Assembly: GCA_023129325.1 (NCBI GenBank)
Contig: JAGMCI010000001.1
Coordinates: forward strand, 23,722-87,721
DNA from: a candidate division WOR-3 bacterium
Lineage (GTDB): Bacteria > Hydrothermota > UBA3073 > JACQXS01 > JAGMCI01
Length of the DNA stretch: 64,000 nucleotides
Direction of reading: 5' to 3'
Of the stretch, positions 37,584 to 47,700 are shown in pieces. The first letter of the stretch is position 1, and every line of letters begins with the position of its first letter. The notes beneath the pieces are model-generated. The model saw nothing but the letters and a program-made list of their open reading frames with translations, did not search any database and had not been told where the DNA came from. The position numbers were made by a program, and so were the translations under genes.

Positions 37584-38177
37584 CTAAATATGGAAAGTTA
37601 TGTTTTTGAAAAGGGATTTTTTAATAGCTTCAAAGCAGGGGGCTGTTTCTCGGGTATAAAGAATTATAGGAACAGGGAAAGGCTCTTTTAGAAAGTATTC
37701 TTCATATTGATTTGGGATGGCGTTTCTTTTAATCCTTTTATTTGAAGTATGCACAGGGAGTTTAAGATGGTTTTGAAGAAAATGCATTAAAGATGGTTTA
37801 ACAGAGGCTACGGTAGTTTCAATATTGTGCTTTTTGGCATATAAATAAAGGGCAACAAATAATCCCTTTGTTAGAATTAAGGGATATTCTTTATTCTTAA
37901 TTACAAGTCTTGAAATCTCTGCTGTTTTATTACAAGAGAGTTCAGAGAATTCTTTTATCTTAAAATCAAACATAATCTCAGCAGGAAGCTTATCTGGGAC
38001 AGATTTTAAATATAGTCCCACTGTCCCTATGATATCTGATTTATTTAAGGCAACAAAGAAGACCTGAGGATTTTCTTCAAGATACCTAATACACCATTTC
38101 TCCCTATATGCCTCTTCTACAAAATTGCATATCTTTTGATATTCAGATTTGGATTTGCATAATCTTATGGTAATCAT
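37584..38177 (-). CDS. GNAT-fold N-acyltransferase-like protein (FeeM / autoinducer-synthase-like)
   Basis: TAEISRLVIKNKEYPLILTKGLFVALYLYAKKHNIET resembles the AEISRL core of N-acyl amino acid synthases. Weak by-eye call. Confidence 0.35.
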   Translation of the reverse strand: MITIRLCKSKSEYQKICNFVEEAYREKWCIRYLEENPQVFFVALNKSDIIGTVGLYLKSVPDKLPAEIMFDFKIKEFSELSCNKTAEISRLVIKNKEYPLILTKGLFVALYLYAKKHNIETTVASVKPSLMHFLQNHLKLPVHTSNKRIKRNAIPNQYEEYFLKEPFPVPIILYTRETAPCFEAIKKSLFKNITFHI

Positions 38178-38881
38178 TTTACACTCTTAATAAAGCTTGC
38201 TGTATTGCTGTAACAAGAGAACGCTTTCTCAATTTTAATTCCTGTGGCTTCAATTATTTCCTTTAACTCAGAGGTAGATAAAAAGTGATACTTACCTCTT
38301 GAAGCTCTATTTACTATTACAATATTAATTAAACATACTATAAGAAGGGATGGAATTATAGCTCCAGTAAGCAAGAAGTCAAATATCTTATCTTTTCCCC
38401 ATATTTCTTTTATATGTGTAAAAAACACAGCCAAAAAGTTCTTGTAATAAGGATTAACAAATATTCCTTTGCCCTTATTTTTAAGCACCCTTGAAAGTTC
38501 CTTAACTGCTGATTCTGGGTCATTCAAGGTATAAAGAACATTGATGCTCACTACTCTGTCAAAATAATCATCAGGAAAAGGCATTCTCTTATTTAAATCA
38601 AAATATGAGAAATTAACTTTAGCATTGACCAATCTTCTACACTTTTTCTCTGCCCGGTTAAGCATGGCTTGAGAAAAATCTAAGGCTTCAACTGAAATGT
38701 TGGGTATCTCAATTTTATCAAGCCAGACTTCAAGGGTTCCAGTGCCACAACCTGCGTCTAAAATTTTAAATCCAGGCTTAAGCTCCAATTCCTCACAAAC
38801 TCTTTCCATAAGCTCTTTGTATGGAATAAGCAAAGCTATCGCATCATAGCAGGTGGCATAAAAATCCCAGAAAATGCTCAT
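38174..38881 (-). CDS. Class I SAM-dependent methyltransferase
   Basis: Motif I ILDAGCGTGTL, post-I EALDFS, and FDRVVSINVLY. Confidence 0.8.
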   Translation of the reverse strand: MSIFWDFYATCYDAIALLIPYKELMERVCEELELKPGFKILDAGCGTGTLEVWLDKIEIPNISVEALDFSQAMLNRAEKKCRRLVNAKVNFSYFDLNKRMPFPDDYFDRVVSINVLYTLNDPESAVKELSRVLKNKGKGIFVNPYYKNFLAVFFTHIKEIWGKDKIFDFLLTGAIIPSLLIVCLINIVIVNRASRGKYHFLSTSELKEIIEATGIKIEKAFSCYSNTASFIKSVK

Positions 38882-39564
38882 TCTTCACTCTCAATGAGAA
38901 TCTCACTTAAATCCTGCAAAGAATACTTTTCTCCATCCCAAGAGTAAACTTTCATCACTTTCTTTGGTGATTCAAACATTTTTCCATTAGCTGACATGGT
39001 GCGATATTCTGTAGTGATGAGTTCAAATATGCCATCTTTATCTAAATCTTCTTTATATAAATCTCCTGCATAAAGAGCCTCAGGAGTAGACCAAATCTCT
39101 TTACAGGTATCACCCTCCCAAGCGAAGGCATAACCGCTCAAGTAACCAGCATTACCTCCCACAAAGGTGGCAAGAATTTCTTCTCTCCCATCTCCATTCA
39201 AATCAAACACTTCAAGCCAGTCCAAACAATCTTCCTCTGATACAAGAACTGCCTTTTTCTCATAATTTTTCCCACAGAATACCAAGACAGAATAAGGATA
39301 AACTGATATTCCGGCACATACTATAATCTCCTGCAAGCCGTCCCCATCTAAATCTTCTCGTATTATTGTATCTATTACAATATCCTGAGAGCCAAGATTC
39401 ATCACACTGTCCTTATTTAAGTCATAGTAAATGCACTCATAGGGCAGTTTTTCTGACTCAGTTGTATTCCGTTCATATTCCCCTTTCCGTTTCATGTACA
39501 GGAGATTCAATAAACACACAATAGAAAATATAAGAAAACTTAACAAAATAATTCTTTTAAGCAT
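38878..39564 (-). CDS. FG-GAP/VCBS-repeat protein with an N-terminal signal/anchor
   Basis: DLDGDGLQEII, DLNGDGREEIL and DLDKDGIFELI repeats; hydrophobic N-terminus. Confidence 0.65.
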   Translation of the reverse strand: MLKRIILLSFLIFSIVCLLNLLYMKRKGEYERNTTESEKLPYECIYYDLNKDSVMNLGSQDIVIDTIIREDLDGDGLQEIIVCAGISVYPYSVLVFCGKNYEKKAVLVSEEDCLDWLEVFDLNGDGREEILATFVGGNAGYLSGYAFAWEGDTCKEIWSTPEALYAGDLYKEDLDKDGIFELITTEYRTMSANGKMFESPKKVMKVYSWDGEKYSLQDLSEILIESEE

Positions 39565-39819
39565 CTAATCCTCTTCATACAACTCTTTAAACTTCTCTGC
39601 AAACTCTGACTTCCGAAACAGAGTCACAGGACTCGGAAGGTCTCCGGGTTCCTTACCGTCAGGATAGTCCACGATTCTCCCATCCGGAAACTGAACCATA
39701 TAGACTCCATGGTACCACTCCCACAACCACAATTTCCCTATTTGCCCAAATCTTGGGTCGTTTCTGTCTGTTACCACAACAATAATATTGCTAAAAGGCG
39801 TTTCATTAAATTTGCTCAT
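39565..39819 (-). CDS. Small hypothetical protein, first gene of the FG-GAP/methyltransferase operon
   Basis: 84-aa ORF with RBS ggagg 6 nt upstream. Its stop abuts the next gene. Confidence 0.5.
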   Translation of the reverse strand: MSKFNETPFSNIIVVVTDRNDPRFGQIGKLWLWEWYHGVYMVQFPDGRIVDYPDGKEPGDLPSPVTLFRKSEFAEKFKELYEED

Positions 39820-39880
39820 CAGAACCTCCGAATTTAAACAATACCAATCTCACTTGTCTTTTGGGGATTAAGGTGGGGAC

Positions 39881-40012
39881 CTAAAAAGAAAGGGGCACCC
39901 ACATTGCCCAGCCACAGCCGAAACCGTGACTACCGCTCCACGGACTTGGAGCAATGGAGTACCCCTATGTGGTTTTCACCACCGGGGCAATCCACTTGGC
40001 CGTGGAGCGGTT
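39881..40012 (-). ncRNA. GC-rich structured RNA element (candidate riboswitch/attenuator leader or sRNA), class not identified
   Basis: Markedly GC-rich island in an AT-rich intergenic region. 11-bp closing stem ccgctccacgg/ccgtggagcgg (39933-39943 / 40000-40010) encloses nested helices capped by a GAAA tetraloop on the minus strand. Downstream is a hairpin plus U-run (gggca..tgccc, ctttcttttt), about 60 nt before the 39819 start. Confidence 0.4.
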
Positions 40013-40060
40013 TTAAACAAGCGAATTGCAAATTAAATAAGCTCTCAAAGAACTATTTAA

Positions 40061-40088
40061 AGTTTATCCATCTTTTTTAAAAAGTCAA
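40061..40088 (-). promoter_or_regulatory. Candidate sigma70-type promoter for the structured leader
   Basis: On the minus strand, TTGACT (40088-40083), a 16-nt spacer, then TAAACT (40066-40061). Sequence match only. Confidence 0.3.
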
Positions 40089-40535
40089 CAAAAAAAATTG
40101 AAAATTTTTTGGCTTAATGATGCCTCTTTTTGATGTTTGCATTAAAAAAGTCTCCCAAAAAGGGCTTAAATAAAGGAAAGTGGATATTCTCAGTTTTTTG
40201 ATTGACTATTTTAGGGCTTATATTAGCCAAAGAGTAGATACACAAATCTCTCTAAATCCTTGTTATTTCAGGGTTTAGCTTGACAGGGATTAAAAAATAT
40301 GCTAACCTTAATATTGAGATTTGAGACTCCTGTTTAAGTCCTTGAGAGAAATTGTACACATTGACATTTTGAAAGATATATAGTTAATTTGTCTTACTGT
40401 AGAATCTAATCAAGATAGTAAGAGGAACATACAATTTTCCTTCTCCGGTTTTGCCGCCTTTCCGGGCTCCCTTCACGAGGCAATCTAACTAACATTTTTA
40501 GAGAAAATAAGGGAGGGTGGAAAGGAGGTGAAACT

Positions 40536-41498
40536 ATGTTAAGAGAAGGAGAACCAATCCCAGGAGGGATTAAGGAAAAAGAAGAATTAGCAGAGGTGCC
40601 TGCTGAGCGCAAGATTGAAAAGGAACGTCAGCCTACAATCAGAATTCTTTTAGTAGAAGATAGACCAGAGTATCAGAAAGCAGCAATAAAAGGTTTAGAA
40701 AAAGCTGGTTTAAAAGGAAAAGTAGTAGTGGAAACAGCTAAAGATTATGATGAAGCCATGAAACTGATTGAAAAAGGGGAAAAGAATCCGAAAGAAAAGT
40801 TTGACTGTATAGTGACAGATTTGCTTTTTCCTGAAAGGACGGGATCAGGAGACCATACATTGGGAATTGGAGTTACAGAAAGAATTCGGGAAACAATAGA
40901 GTCTTCCAACCTCAGAGATGTAGAAGATAGGGGTGTACGAGAGAATGTAATGAGTGATCTGGGCGAATTAGAGAAAGCTGTTGGAGGGGAAAAGTATGGT
41001 ATCCATGCTCCTATTATGAGATGGGAAGCGGAGCGAGAAGGTAGAGGAACAGAAAAAAGATCCATATTCAAATCCGCGGAAGCAGTCCAACCCTTAGGAG
41101 TGCTTATTGTAGAAAAGGCAAAAGAGATGGGATTACCTTATGTAATAGTTACTTCAGGTCACGGTGCCCATAACGATGTTACTACACCTATATCCTTCTA
41201 TCTTAAAGTCAGAGGGTTAATACCCAATTTCAGAGGAGCCGCTTTCAGGGGTGTATCTATGGAATCAAGAGAAAGTGAAAAAATGTTTACAGAAGAGGAG
41301 TTTATCCGCCATGAGCAAGAGTATTACAAAAGAATGGGATGGGAAATACCTTCAAAAGAAGAAGCAGTAAGGAAATATAGAGAACAGTATGAAGGCAATC
41401 CGTTCTTTACAGATATTGATAAAAGGGTTGTAGAGCTTTGGTCGTATATTCTTAGCCGAGCCGCTTTCTATGTTGAACAGAAAAGAAAGACTGAGTAG
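40536..41498 (+). CDS. Receiver-like N-terminal domain protein with an unrecognised C-terminal domain
   Basis: RILLVEDRPEYQ and FDCIVTDLLFP suggest a REC fold. The C-terminal ~170 aa (PYVIVTSGHGAHNDV...) is unassigned. Strong RBS ggaaaggagg. Confidence 0.5.
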   Translation: MLREGEPIPGGIKEKEELAEVPAERKIEKERQPTIRILLVEDRPEYQKAAIKGLEKAGLKGKVVVETAKDYDEAMKLIEKGEKNPKEKFDCIVTDLLFPERTGSGDHTLGIGVTERIRETIESSNLRDVEDRGVRENVMSDLGELEKAVGGEKYGIHAPIMRWEAEREGRGTEKRSIFKSAEAVQPLGVLIVEKAKEMGLPYVIVTSGHGAHNDVTTPISFYLKVRGLIPNFRGAAFRGVSMESRESEKMFTEEEFIRHEQEYYKRMGWEIPSKEEAVRKYREQYEGNPFFTDIDKRVVELWSYILSRAAFYVEQKRKTE

Positions 41499-41505
41499 TT
41501 GTTTT

Positions 41506-41547
41506 GAGCTCTAGACTATAAAATCAAGTCTGGGGCTCTTTTATTTT
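41506..41547 (+). terminator. Rho-independent terminator
   Basis: Stem gagctctagac / gtctggggctc (two G-U pairs), followed by ttttatttt. Confidence 0.5.
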
Positions 41548-42033
41548 GGGATTAACTGCCATGGCTAGCTGAAATAGGATTTTGTCTGAAAACTCAATTT
41601 TTACTTGCAATATTCATAAACCTCCAATATAATCGACAGGTATTTTTAAACTTAAAAAGAAGGAATGAAAATAGAAGTAGAGTGGTTTGACTATTTAACC
41701 AATTGCTATTTAACTGTTTTTTGAGTTTTTGAGAAATTCGGGGATAGTTTGGGGAGAATTTGGTGGTTGACTTTTTCACTTTATATAGTATAAGAGTAAT
41801 GCAAGGATGAAAATGGTTAATATTGGGACAATAAATTTAGAGAGTAAGGGAGCGATAGAGTTCCTTGAACTCCCTGTCCCAGGTACCAACCATCTCTTCC
41901 GCATCTTTGCGTCTTGAGGATTGAAAAAGATTAAGGGAGGTAATGTGTATGATATTTAAGAAAGAGGAAAAGCAGTGTATTTTGAGGAATGGAGGAGTTT
42001 CTCGGGGCAATTTTAACCAAAAGGAGGTGTGAG

Positions 42034-42900
42034 ATGTTAAATGCGAGAAGAAGTATTGCAGGACTGGTGGTTCTTATAACCATTGCTCTCTTGGGAGCGT
42101 CTTTTTGGGGATGTGTTCCAAAGGGGGTTGAACGAGGAGAATCGGTCTTAGAGAAAGTAAAAAGAGAAAAAGTTATTCATGCAGGATACATAAAATACCC
42201 ACCCTTTGTTATTCAAGACCCAAAAACAAGAGAGTTATCGGGCTATTTCATCGATTTGATGGCCCAAATAGCAGAATTGATGGGCGTTGAAATTGAGTAT
42301 GAAGAGACCAACTGGGGCAGGATGATAGCCGCACTTGAGACCGGAAAGGTTGATGTTGTTGTATCGGGAATCTTTAGAACAATCCCTCGGGCGATGCAGG
42401 TGACCTTTACAAAACCTGTCCTTTATGTCGGAATTAGTGCCATCATTAGAAAGGAGGATACGAGATTTAAAGAGCTCGAGGATTTTGAAAAACCCGGGCT
42501 GACAGTAGCTGTGACAGATGGAGAGGTTGGGCATGAGTATGCCAAAAGATACCTTCTAGATACCAAATTAATTGTTCTGGAGACGGAGGATATTACACGT
42601 CCTATGTTGGAGGTTATTACAGGGCGTGCAGATGTAGCTTTGGGCGATGCAATGTCCTGTTATCGATTTGCGAAGGAGCATAAGGAAAGTGTCACAGATC
42701 TATTTGCCGGAAGGCCTTTTTATGTTTTCGGTACAACCTTAATGATAAGAAGGGGTGACCCAGAGTGGCTTGATTTTTTAAATCTTGCTTTGGAATTTAT
42801 GGAAAACTCTGGATTCACAGACAAACTGGAAAAGAAGTACAAAGAGGCAGACGCTGCTTGGCTAAGTGCCGCAAAACCATGGAGAACTGAGACAGAATGA
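42034..42900 (+). CDS. Amino-acid ABC transporter substrate-binding protein (family 3 SBP)
   Basis: Signal/lipobox-like LLGASFWGC, then GYIKYPPF...LSGYFIDLMAQIAELMGVEIEYEETNWGRMIAALETGKVDVVVSG. ATG 42034 after aaaggagg is preferred over 41989. Confidence 0.8.
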   Translation: MLNARRSIAGLVVLITIALLGASFWGCVPKGVERGESVLEKVKREKVIHAGYIKYPPFVIQDPKTRELSGYFIDLMAQIAELMGVEIEYEETNWGRMIAALETGKVDVVVSGIFRTIPRAMQVTFTKPVLYVGISAIIRKEDTRFKELEDFEKPGLTVAVTDGEVGHEYAKRYLLDTKLIVLETEDITRPMLEVITGRADVALGDAMSCYRFAKEHKESVTDLFAGRPFYVFGTTLMIRRGDPEWLDFLNLALEFMENSGFTDKLEKKYKEADAAWLSAAKPWRTETE

Positions 42901-42977
42901 GTCAAACCATGTGGAATCCATCACCTAATAGTGACCAGTGATTTTGGCATTAAACCAATTGCAGAGGGTTACATATT

Positions 42978-43649
42978 ATGCATTATAATTGGGATTTAGG
43001 TCTGTTATGGGAATACAGACGGGTATTTTTACATGGTGCCATAGTTACACTGGAACTAACTGGAATCACAATACTTTTTGGAACAATCTTGGGCACTTTT
43101 CTAGGTGTTCTTTTACTTTCAAGGAATAAAATAATTCGAGGAATAGTAGTAACTTATGTTGAACTTCTCCGGGGGTTACCACTCTTAGTACTTCTCGTTT
43201 GGCTTTACTATTTTCTACCTGCTTTTCTCAATATCAAAATCTCCGCTTTTACAACAGCTGCCTTTGGATTATCAATAAATTTATCTTCTTTTGTGGCTGA
43301 TGTTGTACGAGGTGCTATTGATGGTGTGCCTACAAGTTATAAGGATGCAGCTAGATCTTTAGGTATGTCTTCAAAGCTAATTTTACGTAGGATTGTTCTA
43401 CCAGAGGCTTTTAGAGCGTTAATCCCAACTCTTACTGCCCTGTATATAACAATGTTTAAGATGTCGACATTAGCCTCCGTAATATCTGTTTGGGAACCAC
43501 TGCACTCCGGTAATAGTATCATAATACACACATACAGAGCTCTCGAAGTCTATACTGGAATTGCTATTATATATCTAATAATTATTGTGCCTGCAACTTA
43601 TTTTTCAAAAAAACTGGAGAAGAGTAAGTACTTTATACGCAGAGTTTAA
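42978..43649 (+). CDS. Amino-acid ABC transporter permease (His/Glu/Gln/Arg/opine family)
   Basis: ELLRGLPLLVLL plus the EAA-loop-like YKDAARSLGMSSKLILRRIVLPEA; about 5 TM helices. Confidence 0.85.
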   Translation: MHYNWDLGLLWEYRRVFLHGAIVTLELTGITILFGTILGTFLGVLLLSRNKIIRGIVVTYVELLRGLPLLVLLVWLYYFLPAFLNIKISAFTTAAFGLSINLSSFVADVVRGAIDGVPTSYKDAARSLGMSSKLILRRIVLPEAFRALIPTLTALYITMFKMSTLASVISVWEPLHSGNSIIIHTYRALEVYTGIAIIYLIIIVPATYFSKKLEKSKYFIRRV

Positions 43650-43679
43650 ACTGTTGATGTGGGAGAAAGGAATAGAGAT

Positions 43680-44507
43680 ATGAACAGGGTAATCATGAAG
43701 ATTCAAGATATCCATAAATCTTTTAATTCGAATAAAGTCCTTATAGGAATAGACCTTGAAGTAGAGAAAGGGGAAACGGTCTGTATTATAGGCCCAAGCG
43801 GGGTAGGAAAAACCACTCTTCTCAAATGTTTGAACTTGCTTGAATTAATAGATCAAGGCTCAATATATGTTAAAGATAAAAAGATCATAGAGGCTAAAAC
43901 AAATGGCACTGAGCACCAGAATTCCATGCCTGCTTGTATATTCAAGGGAAACAATCGAGAAGAAATCGAAAGGAAAATTTTCGTTAGAGAAGACGAATTT
44001 AGGAAGATCGTCGGAATGGTTTTTCAGCAGTTTAACCTTTGGCCAAGTAAGACTGTGTTCGAAAACATTATTGAGGCTCCCATTTATGTGAAGAGAATAA
44101 AGAAGGAAGAGGCAGGAGAAATAGCTTTAAGACTCTGTAAGGAAGTGGGTCTTGAGGATAAGATGAGTAGTTATCCGATTGAGCTTTCTGGAGGGCAGCA
44201 GCAAAGGGCAGCAATTGCACGCGCACTGGCAATGGAGCCTGAGATATTGCTCTTGGATGAGGTAACATCCGCACTGGATCCAGAGTTGGTGGTCGAAGTT
44301 CTGAGGGTCATAAAGCGACTCAAGGACAAAGAGATAACTTTATTGGTAGTGACACATCACATTGAGTTTGCCCAAGAGATTGCGGACAGAATTATATTAT
44401 TACATAGTGGTAGTATCATCGAACAAGGCCCTCCACAAGAAATACTCCAAAATCCAAAGGATAGAAGAACAAGGAGTTTTCTTGGTACCATTTTAGAAGC
44501 TCGATAA
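43680..44507 (+). CDS. Amino-acid ABC transporter ATP-binding protein with an insertion after the Q-loop region
   Basis: Walker A GPSGVGKTT, signature LSGGQQQRAAIARA, Walker B ILLLDEVTSALD, H-loop VVTHH. Confidence 0.85.
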   Translation: MNRVIMKIQDIHKSFNSNKVLIGIDLEVEKGETVCIIGPSGVGKTTLLKCLNLLELIDQGSIYVKDKKIIEAKTNGTEHQNSMPACIFKGNNREEIERKIFVREDEFRKIVGMVFQQFNLWPSKTVFENIIEAPIYVKRIKKEEAGEIALRLCKEVGLEDKMSSYPIELSGGQQQRAAIARALAMEPEILLLDEVTSALDPELVVEVLRVIKRLKDKEITLLVVTHHIEFAQEIADRIILLHSGSIIEQGPPQEILQNPKDRRTRSFLGTILEAR

Positions 44508-44763
44508 TTCGGGTTCGAATGTGATGAAAAATTACTCCTTTAGGTTATTATCAGACCAAAATTTAAAAAAGAACTTGAAAAATTCATAATTTCAAATAAT
44601 ATTAAGGATATTAAAGTGAGAATTATTTCAACTGTTGTTAACAATAAAAAACGACTTTGCTGGCGTCTGAGGATAATTTGGAGATCGGGACAAATTCTCC
44701 ATTATAAATTACTTCATAGAGGATTTGTAGCAAATCGCTTAAAGTCTTCTTAAGGGGTTTGGA

Positions 44764-47700
44764 ATGGACAACAAAGCTAATAAGGAATTTAAGATATTAG
44801 AGGCAAAGAAGAAAATAAAAAATAGATATTCTATAGAAAGATTCCCTGAGGAAGAGAAATATATTTTAGGAGCTATTGGAATATCTATAGAAACCTTAGA
44901 TGAGAAAAGTAGGGGAATTTTATACCATACATTAAGGGATGTCTTAAAAGAAATAGGTGATATCCCGATAGGTATTAAGAAAGGATGCTTTCGAGGAAGA
45001 ATAGATGAGGGATGCTGGAAGTATCAAAATTGTGAGATTAAAGATTTACATGAGTCTGACAGGAACGGATTGAATTTCAACTGCTGGGCAGGAAAAAAGA
45101 AAAGGATGTGTAAGAATAAAAACGAAAAAATCTGGAAGTATCAATTTGACAATGGTAAAAATACAAATCCATACAGTATCTCCCCCAAGCCACATCTCAA
45201 AGAACAATTCGGGGGATGCGGTGATTGTAATTTAAGACAAGATTGTCGTGATTCCAAACCCTGTCCTTATTTAGGATGTGTTACGCCGAGCATAATTGAG
45301 GAGAATTTTAACCTGAATTGGTTGCCAAAGAATGTATCAAAGTTAGATAATGAGGGATTAAAAGCTCTGATAAAAGACAGGTTAGAAGAACTGTCAAAAC
45401 CGGAGGACAACGAAACAAATGAGAAAAAGAAATCCAATATGTTCCTATTAGATACATTGTGCCCTTATACATATCGCTATACTTTACCAGACCCAATACC
45501 AAGTCTAACTTATAAATCAGATAAGTTCCCTAATCAGATGAGATTTCTACAATGTTACATCACTTCCCGAGAGTTTGTTGATGAAGTGTTACATGATATT
45601 TTAAATATATATGGAATAGGGGTACTGTTTATAGATCCTCGTAAAGGAAGAAAAGGAATCTATCATATACAGAAGAATGCAAGTTCTGATATGAAACCAT
45701 ATTTGGAACTACCTTATTTTATTATAAAGTCTGTAGAAGGTAAAGAAACTTGGAAAGAAACAGAGAATGATTTTTTTATAACTACTCTATTTCAAATTCT
45801 TCGTCAGAGGCCCACTATTACAGCGAAAGGAAGACTCTATCCTGAAGTTTTCTATGTGTTGAATGAAGACAAGAAATACCGTCTAAATGAGTTTGAGAGA
45901 TTAAATGACCTTCTTTTTTGTACAGATGGGGAACTAAGCACATTTATTTTCACCTGGCGCCTATTGAAATGGAATGAAGCTTGTGATAAACAGGAAATTA
46001 AAATAGATGATTGGATGGAACTGACAAAAAAACAAAAGAAATATATCGACCTGAATAATACAATGACTCCTGAGGAAGAGTTCATTCTATGTGAGAAAGA
46101 AAATAAGTTAATCATGTTGCAATTCAAACAAGAGTTAAAAGAGACTGGTATATGTAACCTAAAGGAACTAACAATACAAGAACATATAGAACTGCCATTA
46201 AAAAGGAGAATTGGGCCTTTCAAGAGAACTTTAAAAGAAGAACTTAAGGTGTTAGGATTTATAGAAGAGCCTGTAGATAATAGCAAAGAATACAAAGTTA
46301 CTAAAAGATTCTGTAGGATGATTATATGGGTAACAGATTTATGTCGGAAGGCTCTAAAGTATAGATTGAATAGCTATAATGTAAAAAGATTCTATACTGA
46401 GAGAAATGAGAAAGAGGAAGAGTACTGGCTCGATTTTGAAAAACTAAAGTTAGAAGAAGAGGAAATATTAAAATTGTCTGATAGATATAAAAAGTATCTT
46501 CAAAATGGCACCGAGGCTATCACGAAAGACAAATTCAAAAAGGATTTGAAAATAATTAAGGAGATTCTTCTATCTGGATTCAAAGAAGAAGAATTCAATA
46601 AAAAGATAAACAAAATTAACCAGATAGCCAGATTCCCAATACTACCTTATTATGTATGGAGAGCGAATGAGATTTTCTCAATGGCTCATATAGGTTTTTC
46701 ACTAAGCCCAAGAACTGTAAAAGATACCGAAGATAAAGATAAGGAAGTAGTGTTCTTTGTGGGGAGCGTTAAGGACGAGAGTGAAAAGATTACATTGGAA
46801 GGCATTCAAGAAGATATGAAACCATTACTTCTGCAGAACAAGGATTTTTTCCTGACTATGTTACTTCCTTTAATAAATAATATATTGTACGATAAGATAA
46901 TCTATGAAGAGATTTCATCCTATGCTAAACGAGTTGCTGCCGTTACTATCATCATTGATGCTTTTGCTCATAATGTCGCAGCACATTGTCTAAGTGCCCT
47001 TGTTTTGTATCTCGAAGAGAAAAGAAAGAAATTGACTGACAGTACAGAAATTTATAGAGGACAAAACTCGCAGAAAAAGAAAGAGATTCCTTGTCCTACT
47101 TTAGATGAACTTAAAAAATTATTCCAAATGCCAGACATTCCTGATACTCCTAATTTTGATGGGTGTAAAGAATATGATGCAAAATTTGACGATTCCTACA
47201 AAAAAATGTTCTCACTGTGTGTCTATTTGGAAAGAGAAGAGACTTCCTTTGTTAACTTTCTCATATTTATGCGGGCAAAAAGCGCATTTTGGGCTGGAGC
47301 CATTGGCTATCAATCACCAGGTGGAATAATTATGAATTTCTACGATATCTTTACTCAGTTTGCGGATAATTCTTTATTTCTTGGAACAATTGCCTATAGC
47401 GAGGAAATTACTGGGGTTGCTATTAAAATAAATAACAAGGCGGGAGCTGTTTCTCTCCTTGAACAAAGCACTTATCGCTATGAATACAATAGCATCACTG
47501 GAAATGAAGAATTTTTAAGAGAAAAGGAGTGGAATGATACTTTTTATAAAGTTAATGCTAGCTACAAACCTCAGAAAATACATAAGGAGCTTAAAAAATA
47601 CAATATTTTCTTGCCCGGGGGAATAGTTGGACTTCAAGCCCTTTATACAATTTGGGAAAATATTTTAAGAAATGTGAAACATACGAGAACTGATTATAGC

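Noticed and set aside
39892-39965. A 74-nt segment (minus strand GGGGTAC...GTGCCCC) whose ends can form a 7-bp acceptor-like stem; considered as a tRNA
   Set aside because: The interior does not fit a cloverleaf. There is no D-loop GG or T-loop TTCRA in the right places, and the only GTTTCGG hairpin is mid-molecule. It is better explained as part of the larger structured element.
44655-44680. A sigma-54 promoter upstream of the giant-protein operon, given the NtrC-type activator at its end
   Set aside because: Only ctggcgtctgagg is present. It has a TGGC-like -24 element but no TTGC -12 element at the correct spacing. It is not supportable by eye.
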